The notes beneath the pieces are model-generated. The model worked only from the letters and a program-made list of their open reading frames with translations, made no database searches and was not told the origin of the DNA. The position numbers were made by a program, and so were the translations under genes. This document shows, in pieces, positions 1-10,734 of a stretch of DNA of 51,461 nt. Source of the DNA: Intoshia linei. Its lineage: Eukaryota; Animalia; Orthonectida. Every line of letters starts with the position of its first letter. Position 1 is the stretch's first letter. Location: contig LWCA01000118.1 of the NCBI GenBank assembly GCA_001642005.1, positions 1 to 51,461 of the forward strand, given 5' to 3'.

Positions 1-691
1 GCAATGTAACAATGGATAATTGGTTTACATCGATACCATTGGCGTTTCAGTTGTAGGAAAAAAAATTAACATTATGTGGTACCATTAAAAAAAATAAAAG
101 GGAATTAGCACCTCAATATGTGTCTACAAAAAATTGGGCTGTTTTTTCTACCATTTCCGGTCATCTAGGAATAATTAAACTAGCTTCTTATTGTCCTAAA
201 CCTATAAAATTTGTTAATTTGATCTCAACAAAACATGATAGCATTAATTTCAACGAAGAGGATGCAAAGAAAAAACCTAACCTTATATTATTTTATAATA
301 AAAACAAAGGAGGTGTTGACGTTCTTGATTATTTATGTAACGAATACAGTACAAAAAGGAAAACTAGAAGATGGCCTTATTATTTGTTTCAAGGTTTATT
401 GAATTTTTTGGCTGTAAACAGTTATATTCTTTATAAATCGGGAAATGTATATATCTCGAGGAGATTATACTTGAGACAACTTGGAAAATCTTTATGTATC
501 GAAAACAAATTATTCAGAAATTTATCTTTTCAACATCCATGTAATTTGTATATATAAATAGAATAATTATGAATTTTAGCTACATCATTACTGTAAAAAG
601 ACGAAAATGTTATTTATGTGTGACCAATGAGTTCAAAAAACTAATAATTTGTGCAAAATTTACGTTTTGAAAAAGCGCGACTAGTAAAGGG
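1..691 (+). mobile_element. piggyBac DNA transposon, degenerate 3' part with right terminus
   Basis: ORF 120-557 has piggyBac transposase motifs (YNKNKGGVDVLD, YSTKRKTRRWP). Upstream sequence reads VTMDNWFTSIPLA in another frame. Element ends ...CTAGTAAAGGG (691) followed by TTAA (692-695). It probably lies in an intron of CCT6. Confidence 0.85.
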
Positions 692-974
692 TTAATATTT
701 AATTTTATTAATTCTAAGTAACAGAGACACGTTTTGAAACAACGTTCTGTAAACATTTACTGGGTACAAGGGTAATACCTTATCTCATGGAAATTTTATT
801 TTGAACAAAATTTTGGTTGTAGTCTATTATTATTGTTTATTTGATTGTTTAAAAATTCAGATTTTAAAGTAATCATTCGTTTGATTTACTATTTTTATTC
901 ATTATTATTAAGCCACTGATACAATATGTACTCAGTACATTGTACTATGCATAATATTATCAATATTATTATAG

Positions 975-3839
975 AATGATAAACGGCATAGTAATGGACC
1001 ATGGAGCTCGACATCCAAATATGGAAACTAATATTGAAAACGCACACGTTTTGACTTTGAATGTATCATTAGAATATGAAAAATCGTTCACACCATTTTT
1101 ATTAAATTTATTGTAATTTTAGTGAAATTAATTCTGGTTTTTTTTATAAATCAGCAGAGGATAGAGAACGACTTGTTGTCTCTGAAAGAAAGCATACTGA
1201 TGATAAATGTTGGAAAATTGTTGAATTAAAAAACAAAGTTTGTAAAAATGGAGAATCATTTTTTATAGCCAATCAAAAAGTAAACTTTAATATAATGATA
1301 TGATATAACCACATTTTTAGGGAATAGATCCTCTTTCGCTCGACATCTTAGCTAAAAATGGAATTGTCGCGTTACGAAGAGCTAAAAGACGAAACATGGA
1401 GAGGTATTTTTTATTTGGATTGTATATAAATATTTTAGGTTAACAAAAGCATGTGGAGGTGAAGCTGTGAATTGTGTGGACGAATTAAAGGCGGATGTTT
1501 TAGGTTATGCTGGAAAAATTTACCAGACACAAGTGGTACGCTATAATGAATGTACCATTATTTACTAATATCTAATTTAGGGAGAAGAAAAATATACATT
1601 TGTCGAAGAATGCAAGAACCCCACATCTGTTACTATGCTTTTAAGAGGACCAAATAAGCATACTTTGGAACAGTTGAAAGCCGCTCTTCGAGACGGTATA
1701 CGAGCAGTTAGCAATGCTATTGAAGATGGTACGTTTTTGATTATTTAATATAACAGCTAACTAATTTTATCCAACTCTTTTTAATCTAATTATCTAATAC
1801 TGGTTCGTATATTATCGCTATATAAATATGGGTTAATTATAGTTTGAGTAACTGATGACTGGTGGTGCACATACTTAATTATAATGAAGGCAAAGGACCT
1901 GCATTATTAAAATTTTTTAGAAAACAATTATCAATGAATTAACTAGATAGCGGTAAGAATCAATGCGAAAAATATTTTTTGGTCACGTTTATTTCATACG
2001 ACCATCATTAATTATTATACTTATTATGTTCGACCCTAATTATCATTAAAAAACGTCAGTTTGATTGACTCACTTATATGTTATCTAATTATTATTACTA
2101 CGATCTAAAATCATTTCTCTCGTTTTAGATTGCTTAATTAATTTGTATTTTAGGTTGTCTGATACCCGGTGCTGCGGCATTTGAAATGAAATCTTATCAT
2201 GAAATACAGAAAATTAAAAATTCGTGTATCGGAAAAGAAAAAATTGGTAATTATCATACGTCCTATTATCGAAAATTAATTAATTAATTATCGGAACCTT
2301 GACGATTTCTTTGTAAAAGGATGGTTTTATTTTTTCAAATTGAGTATATTGAAAAATTAGGTTTTTCTATATCATAACTGTTTAAAATTTAAAGTCAGTT
2401 TCAGACCAACTGAGAGTGGCTAGAGCAGTGGTTCTCAAACTTGGGTCCGCAAGTTTAAATAAAATTTTGAATTATAAAAAATAAATTGATTTTTTAAATA
2501 ATTTGTTGTTATAAATTTAAACAATTAAAAATACAAATCGAATTAATTTCACATATAATAATCAAAATAACGTCATTTTTTCGTTATTGAAAATTTATGG
2601 CACACCATTCAATTTCTTTATTATACGAGCTATGCTGTGTTTGAAATCCTAATTTAACCTCAATTTAGTACATAGACTTTAATGATTCTGAGGGCATTCT
2701 TTAATTGATGGCTCAAAATATATCAATAAATTTTATTTTTTTTTGAATTAATAATGTTAAAACATTTCTTAAAAATTAAATAATTTTTTTTGGACATGTT
2801 TTTATTTGGGGGTCCGCGAGCAAAATTAAAATTAAAAATGGACCAAAAAGTCAAAAAATTTAAAAAGTTTAAGAACCCCTGGGCTAGAGGGATATATCAT
2901 TATGTGACTTTGAGGGAAATTTTTATTTTTGTGCTGGATCGTGACGTGGGGTTCTGAGTCAGAATGTTTGACTAATTGTTGAAATATTCATCCTAATTGG
3001 AATCAATGTGAGATATAGTGTTAAATATCTGTTAATTGTGGGTACTAAAGTTCTGCAACACGATCCGATGCAGACCTCTAGTGGGTACCATAATTTGGCA
3101 AGATTGTCCACGTTTTAAGCCTACTTTATAGGAAGGTCTGTATTATTCGTTATGGTTTTTAGTATTGTAAAGTATTTAATCTTTTAGGATTATCAATTTT
3201 TGCTGAGGGAATATTGGTCATACCTAAAACGTTGGCTAGAAATTCAGCACATGATATTGCTGACACAATGGTTCAATTGGACAACGAATTTTATAAAAAT
3301 ACTACTACTACAATTGGTCTGAATTTAGAAACGGGTAATTTAAACATATAATCGGATGATACAGTGCCACTCAAGCCGTGTTTCCCTAAAAAATTATAAT
3401 GATTGTAATAATCTCAACATATCATTATAATACTATTGTCATGGCCAAATGAGAATGGTTTGGGCGTGAGCTAACCATTGATTTAAAGATTTGTTTGTCA
3501 TAAAAACCAAAACTATCTGAAAATTCTATCGAGGAAGATTTAATTAAATAATTAGATTAATAAAATTTGATGTAGCCCGATAGCACTGTTTTATTATTTA
3601 CATTGTATATAACTTAATTATAACGGAATTTTTAGGAACACCTTTCGATCCCATCGATGCTGGAATATTTGATAATTATCGTGTTAAAAAACAAATGATT
3701 TTATCTGGGTAATTTAATTAATTTTTAAAGGTTATTTAAAATATTTAGAGCTTTAATAACATCAAACTTATTGCGGGTCGACGAAATTATGAGAGCTGGT
3801 CTATCCTCTCTAAAGGACCAAAGTATACAAAATCAATAA
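975..3839 (+). CDS. CCT6: T-complex protein 1 subunit zeta (CCT6); 5' exons lie upstream of the window
   Basis: Exons 975-1085, 1123-1279, 1321-1403, 1439-1535, 1581-1728, 2154-2246, 3188-3334, 3636-3708, 3749-3839 join in frame at GT-AG. Motifs: [71 protein letters not shown]. Confidence 0.95.
2426..2881. mobile_element. hAT (Charlie/Buster-type) MITE in a CCT6 intron
   Basis: TIRs CAGTGGTTCTCAAACTT / AAGTTTAAGAACCCCTG; perfect 8-bp TSD GGCTAGAG at 2418-2425 and 2882-2889. Confidence 0.92.
2935..3160 (+). ncRNA. Candidate structured intronic RNA, family unassigned
   Basis: GC-richer island with two adjacent base-paired domains (2936-3066 and 3068-3143) containing many G.U pairs on the + strand; T5 at 3156-3160. 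Confidence 0.35.
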
Positions 3840-4068
3840 ATTTTCTTTATTTTTTTTGTATAATTGAATTGTATTCTTCGTAATTTACCACAAAAACTAC
3901 AGATAAAATTCAAAATCGATTTCGTAAAAACCATAATATGAGCTATAATTAAGCTTATTTATATTATATAATTGAATTAAAAAAAACACATGGTAAACCC
4001 ATAAGAGATACCAACCAAAACCGGATAAAACAACCAATGTGTTATATTTAAGTAGTGATTGTGATTTC

Positions 4069-4758
4069 CAGGGGATGACAAAAGTCGAGAACCGGGAAAT
4101 TAAAAATTAAATTTACCGGGAAAAATAAAAATTTTTTATTCTTATATAATCTAGAAGCATTAAAAATTTTAGAAACAAGAAATTTAATTAATGAAACAAC
4201 ACGAATCTAGATTGAAATTTACAAATTTATTTTAGATTATTGAAAAAGTTTTTTAAAATAGATTTGTCTTCTAAACGCGTGCTACATTTTGTAATGGAAT
4301 TAGAAGCAGTAGAGAAATTTCTTTCATTTTGTGTTGACGTAGGTTTAACGGTCATAAGGTCTTCCATTTAATTTTAACAATCTTGATGATAGCCTTCCAG
4401 TTTGTAACAACTCATAATATCGGAAAAAGAGGATAATTTCCTTAAGCGTTAGTAATTTGTGGTTGAAATAAGGTTTTTAAAAAAAGTACTGGAAAAAGGA
4501 TATTTTTCCATTAAGGGCTGGAAAATTAGATTTTTTTATTTGTGGTTTGATGAAGTGGATTTTTTGAAAAGAATATCAGTGTAAGACAATTTTTTCGTGA
4601 GGGCTTGAAATGGTATTTTTGATGAAATTTTATTAGTGGTGGGATTTATGAATTTTAAATATTATATATTCATAATAATAACAAACAAATCAAATGCATG
4701 TATGTCTCAATTTTTTTTGGGAAATCCCGGGAATTTTGTCCCCGGCACAATACCCTAT
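4069..4758. mobile_element. Degenerate MITE-like element carrying a 29-bp repeat array
   Basis: GC-rich ends with CCGGGAA motifs (4069-4122 and 4719-4758). Internal degenerate TTAAGGG-TGG-AAA array at about 4440-4650. No clear TSD. Confidence 0.4.
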
Positions 4759-4889
4759 ATTTAAGTTAATATAATTTTAATAATAAAAAGCATCGACGTC
4801 AAAAATAATTTTTTTCAAAAAAAAAAGTCGTCAACTTAAAAAAAATTACTGAGTACATACATATTTTAAAAATTGGTATATAAATCATC

Positions 4890-6175
4890 GTCATATCTAA
4901 CCTCCGCTAGAGACGAACGTGGTTTTGAGAGTTTAAACCCAAGACATTAGTTCACAAACTTGTAATGATAAATAAAATTTGAAAATAGAGTGAATTGAGT
5001 GGTAGTAAATATTTGGGTTTGTGTAGTGATATTGTTTTTTTAATTCTGAAAAGTTCTCTTTTGGCGTTTAATGTTATTTTCTTTATGTGCTCAGTGAATT
5101 TTTCGTCGTCGGTTATTGTAATTCCTAGGTCTTTGACTGATGCTTTTCTCTCTAACTTGTGCATTCCTATGGTGAGTGTAGGTATAAAGTTATTGGCTTT
5201 ATGTGTAAAAAGGAGAAAATAGCATTTTTGGTAATTTAAAGGGAGATTCCACAAGAGACTCCAGTTTTGTATTGTATTAATGTCAGTTTGTAGTTGTATT
5301 ACATTGGCGTAATTGTTCATAGTTCTGTATATTTTGAGATCGTCAGCATATTGAGCGAACTCGCAGTGATTAATTTTATGGGAAAGGTCATTGATGAATA
5401 TATTAAAAAGTATTCCAGAAAGAACTCCTCTTTTGGGGAACTCGCTGGGAATGCGTACGTGTGGAGAGACTTGTCCGTCTATGGAGACGCACCGAGTGCG
5501 GTTGGTGAGAAAGGATTTAAGTAGTCTCAAGGTTTTGTTACGCACGCTGGAGTGATCTAAAGACTGCAAAAGGAGTGCGTGGTCAACTTTGTCGAAAGCC
5601 TTGCTGAAATCGAAGTAAACTACACAGACGTTGTTTCTATTATCGTGTAGAGAGGACCATTGATGGTAGTATCTATTAAGTTTGTGGTGGTAGATTTGTT
5701 GTTGCGATAGCCATGTTGGTTTTGGTGTAAGATTTTATTATTTTCAATGAAAGGGAAAATTTGTTGGAGGATTATAGTCTCAAATATTCGAGATATACAA
5801 GGGTTTAAAGAATGGGTCGATAATTCATGGGGCTATTTTTACTGCCTTTTTTAAAGGTAGGAATGACTTTTTGTACTTTCATTTTAGATGGAACGTAAGA
5901 TGATTTTTTTAGGACAATGTTGGGGATGCCATCGAACCGAGTAGATTTAATTGTTCAAAAACTATATCCTGATTTAAAAAGATATCGGTTATATTTGGTA
6001 GACTCCGAGAGGTAGTAAAGGAGGGGGTTGCTTGGATTGGGTGACTGAAAAACGACCGAGAAATGCCGAGTTTATGAGTTTGGCGTTTTGTATAAGAGTC
6101 GGTGATTATATTATTATTTCTTTTATTATTTGTCTTTTAGCTGTATTAAGGTTTTACGTTTGTTTTTAGAAGTTT
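4890..6175 (-). mobile_element. Degenerate non-LTR retrotransposon (CR1/L2-like reverse transcriptase)
   Basis: ORF 4952-5569 has GVLSGILFNIFINDL, YADDLK and VKDLGI. Frameshifted upstream segments give FDFSKAFDKVDH, QHGYR, NYRP and GFDGIP. Confidence 0.9.
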
Positions 6176-6337
6176 GTTTAAATAAAATAAATGCTACTTC
6201 TATTAATTTAGACGTTAACATTATAACTATAGACGCTGTAACTATTAAATTATATGTTACAATAATAATTCAAAGTAAATTACATTTTTTTAAAATGTTC
6301 AAACGTCGTTATAACTACAAATAAAATACAGTTGATA

Positions 6338-9300
6338 ATGAAAGTAAAACGAGAAAATTATTTGAACAAATCTCTTAAATCTGCATTTTGCGGTACAAAA
6401 AGTTTTACATCGGTAAATTAATAAATAACGTATTTTAATGATTTAAATTAGAGAATAACACACGAAAATAAATTTATCTCTGTTGTTGACAAAACTGATG
6501 TAGCGTGTGTTGTTGAAGCTCAAAAGGATTTAGAAAAGAAAAATATCGATATATGTATTACTTTATTATAACAAAAAATCTATTCATATAAAAATTTACC
6601 ATATGAAATCTTAAATTTAAATAAAATCTAGTTGGCACTTCTAAAATTCTTGAAATAGAAGATGATGTTTTAGAAAGAAATATGGATCAATATGATAAAA
6701 AGCTTTTGAGTGAGCAAATGAATTTATCTATACCATTACGGTAATCTTAAACTACTGTATTTATTTATATTTTATTACTTTTAGTCCTAAATATATTGAA
6801 GGTACGAGTATAAAGGATTATGAAATATTGGAAGAAGATTCTTTTACAGATTGGAGACGTTCTATAGCCGTGTAAATTCTTATACTACATTTTTGCATTC
6901 ACATTGCACATAACAACAGTACAACACTCTAGTTGCATCCGCCCCCTTAAATGTTTTTGTATCACAACTCGAATCACGAGCCAATTGCCTTTGATATTAC
7001 TCTTAAGTTTTCTATATTCAATTTTTTTAATTTTTAAAAAATTGATTATAAATTAAAAATTAGCTATATTCGTTGTTTAAATTCATTTAAATTTAATTTT
7101 AAAATTTAATTATAAAATCAAGATTGGAAAAAAACACCAATTTCAACATTACACCATATGAAAAAAATCTCGAAATATGGCGTCAACTGTGGTTCGTTAT
7201 TGATAGATGGTATTTGTTGTTTTATGATAAAAAGTTAATTTCTATCTAGTCATTTACTGATACAAATTGTGGATGCAAGAAATCCTCTTTTATATATATC
7301 ACAATTTTTATCAAATCACATTACAAATAATAAAAATAAGCATTTATTATACTTTTTCAATAAGGCTGATTTATTAACTGAATCTCAAAGGTTGATTTTT
7401 TTCATTTTTTACAATTATTTTTTATTTTCAGACAAATCTGGAGAGAGTATTGTCAATCTCAAAACATTTCTTTTTATTTTACTACAAATTGTTTAGATGA
7501 GGTATTTTTTGTATATATTTACATGTAAGTACAATTTATTTATAATATTTATCAACAAATTTTGTTTAATTTTTTTCAGTTTTCATGTTGAAATTTTTAA
7601 ATATAGGTTTGAATTTATTTTAGAGTACGCAAACAGATATTATCAATACTAAAGAAAAATTGACACGTGTTTTGGTGGACTATTGTTCTGAAAATATCCA
7701 ATCGGCACCTAAATATAATATTGGAATGGTTTATATTTTATGTTTGTATTTTTCTAATTTAGTTTAAAGATTGGTTTCCCTAATGTTGGTAAAAGTTCAA
7801 TGATTCGTACATTGTTGGGTGAAAATATTGTAGCCGTTTCAATGACCCCTGGTAAAACAAAAAAATGGCAGGTAAATTTAATATATTATATAGATATTTT
7901 TAATTTTTCATATTTATGCTTTTAGTTAATACATGTTTATTTTTTCTTCAGGTTTTAACGTTTTTATAGTATAATAAAAATTTAAAAAATCGAAAGCAAA
8001 TCCTTTTTTAAATTTAGACTGATAATTATCATGTCTTTATTATTTCAATGTCTATTATAATAGACATTACAAACATGAATATTTATATTTTTAGAGTCAT
8101 TACCTTAAAAATAGCAACATCCAATTGTTTGATTGCCCTGGAATGATTATGCCGTCTTTTGTCTACAGTCGAGCAGATTTGGTTACGAATGGTATCTTGA
8201 GTATTGACCATGTTTCAGATTTCATTGAACCTGCAAATATAGTAATTTAATTTATTTATGATTAAATTTTATTCCAAGTTACTTTAGATACGATGTTACG
8301 AGTGGTCTTAAATATTAAACTGTAGGAACCCCGTTTCATCAAAGCATTTTCACGTAACCCCATTTACTGAATATAAACATTTTGGCCCCTAAAAATGAAA
8401 AATTTCGAAATGAAGTAAATTCATTATATTTCCTATAAAATATTAGATTCTAAAACGGGCTAAATGTTTTTAGTAGTTACCATACTACCTAAATATTCTC
8501 AAAAATTTGAATGGACGCTGTAATATTTATAACAGTTCCAAGAGTGAATTTTTATCACTTTGATGACTCCTGGTCTAAATAATTTAATTACTATTTTTGT
8601 GCACTATCAATCGGAAATTCCGATAATAAGCTTTACATTTTTGCGTCAGCCTTACAGTATTTTTGATGTTTTTACTATATAAATCCCGTAACTTCCTGTA
8701 CCCTATGGAACATACCTGTTACAGAATAAAAATAATTTTATTTAAAATTATAGATGGCTGCAAGTGTTTCAAAATTAAATTTCAAAAAATTATACAATAT
8801 AAATATCATTTTACCAAAAAATAGAAAAAATGGTCGTAAAATGTTGGAAACGTATGCTAGTAATTTTTAAATGTTAAATTTAATATCTTAAAATTAATAC
8901 TTATTATTTTATTTTAGAATCTAGAGGTCATGTTTTATGCCGAAACGTACCAGATTGTTCTAGAGCTGTAAGGATAATTACTAAAGATTATATTTCGGTA
9001 TTGGACTAATTTTTTGTTATAACATAATTTTGTAGGGAAAATTACCACATTGTTATTTGCCACCAACTGTCATTGGGGATAGTTCAAGTGACGAAAACGT
9101 AATTTTTCTTCGTTTTGTCGAGTTAGCCGTGCAATACAATGTATTTTAGTATGTATAAATAATATTTTTTTATTTCTTTTTAATTTGTTTTTATAACTAG
9201 CCCGAGTGCGATACAGAAAAAGATGAACTCGAATTTAATATGAACCTGGTTACACTGCAAAAATCCGAAAATGTAAAAAATCCAAAATTAAAACACCATT

Positions 9301-9359
9301 CTAATCGAAACAAGAAACAGAAATTGCGAAGAAAATTTGCTCATCTTAATCCAGAATAA
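6338..9359 (+). CDS. LSG1: Large subunit GTPase 1 homolog (circularly permuted GTPase), multi-exon
   Basis: Spliced exons give LSIPLRP, DWRRSIA, TPYEKNLEIWRQLW, IVDARNPL, NKADLL (G4), GFPNVGKSS (G1), TPGKTK (G2), DCPG (G3), GKLPHCYLPP and a basic tail KQKLRRKFAHL. Stop 9357-9359; start codon tentative. Confidence 0.9.
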
Positions 9360-9389
9360 ATTGAAATTTAATCAATCGTACATATTGTA

Positions 9390-9942
9390 TTAAAGATTTA
9401 TTTTAAGTTCATTTTGTAGATCTTCAATGTTTTTTACATCTAAAATATCCTTTTCTTTTTTCAATCTAATTCTACGCTCTTCTCTCATTTTATTTTCATA
9501 TGATTGAATTCCAACTTCCTTTCTGCTGAGGTAATCTAGATTTGAATTTTTATCAAGGTCACATGATTTTTCCAGATTTACGGTTAAATATAAAAAAAAT
9601 GTTTTTAAATGTTAAGTCAATTATAAAATAAAGATTTGTGCTAAAAATTTTATTTCTAAATAAAAAGCTTATTTCAAAAGAAAATTAAAAATGCCTAAAA
9701 AAAGAATATTTATATGCTCAACTGCAGAAACCCATGTTTATTACAAACATTTGATTAATCGATAAACCAAGAGGGTGAGTAAATTAAAATAAAAGTGTAA
9801 TTACTCCATCTCATTCTAGCATAAACAATTCCACCTAATAAACTAGTCCATCGAAAAAACTATAAATGGATTAAAAATATATATCAAAATGTACTCGAAT
9901 GGTGGGAGATATATTTTTTGGTGGAGCAAGTGGTATAGTCAT
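9390..9942 (-). CDS. ATP5ME: Mitochondrial ATP synthase subunit e (3 exons; not in the ORF track)
   Basis: Exons 9942-9895, 9859-9805, 9535-9390 give MTIPLAPPKNISPTIRFFRWTSLLGGIVYARMRWNYLSRKE...EERRIRLKKEK..., matching the subunit e pattern (PP..VSPLI..RYSAL..G..YG..R.NYL plus coiled coil). Confidence 0.85.
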
Positions 9943-10166
9943 TTTAATAGTAATGTTTAAAATGTAACTTTATTTCGTTGCAATGTAGAATTTACATTGT
10001 AAATTATATACATTTTTAAAACTACCATAAATGCTAATATTCGCTATGATATCCTTACTTTTTAAGATGACGATAAATAAACTGTTTCAAAATTAAATGT
10101 AGTTTAAATATTCCCTTCAAAAATAAACCAAAATACGTTCATAAACTTCAAGTGTAACTAGGAACA

Positions 10167-10706
10167 ATGTTTATTGATATGAGTTTTTTTCAACTTTTTA
10201 TTATTAACGCCGAAGGAAAACTAATATACACCCGTGATTTTCAAAATATACACAGCGAGTTAACCAGAGACGAGGTAGACTTTGTTGATAAATAATACAT
10301 AATTTAGCAAAATGACTTAATGGTGGGATTTATAACCACTCTGTGCGATTTCTGTCACTTGTCTTCACCTACCACTAGGTTTTATTAATAATAAAAATTT
10401 GACAATTGTAATAGTGACGCAATATTATATGGATACAAAACAGATACATACGCTCTACACTACTGGGAATCCCCTACTCTATTTAAATTCATAATAACGA
10501 CCGTACCTAATGCCAATTCGAGTGAAATTACAAAATTGTTGTCTTCCTTATATTTAAAGGTGAGATAATTAAAATTAATCATTATGTTATAGATATATGT
10601 TCCATATGTTATAAAAAATCCATTTTGGAATTATGGAAAAAAAATAGAAATTGATTTGTTCACTACAATGCTGGATAAATTCATAGAAAATGAAATTATA
10701 GTTTAA
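10167..10706 (+). CDS. TRAPPC1: TRAPP complex subunit 1 (Bet5), 4 exons (not in the ORF track)
   Basis: Spliced protein has LFIINAEGKLIY, LMVGFITTLCDF, YKTDTYALHYWESPTLFKFI, LYLKIYVPYVIKNP and DLFTTMLDKFI, fitting the sybindin/Bet5 longin pattern. Confidence 0.82.
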
Positions 10707-10734
10707 TTTTTATTTACTTATTTTAATAAATTTA

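Noticed and set aside
1845-1910. Box C/D snoRNA or hammerhead at CTGATGA in a CCT6 intron
   Set aside because: No downstream box D (CTGA) with a terminal stem, and no stem II-GAAA.
3128-3145. RNase P RNA CR-I-like GGAAGGTCTG
   Set aside because: It lies at the 3' end of the island paired in a local hairpin, with no downstream CR-IV/CR-V before the exon.
9346-9392. Coding overlap between LSG1 and ATP5ME
   Set aside because: Careful framing puts the ATP5ME stop at 9390-9392, 30 nt from the LSG1 stop.
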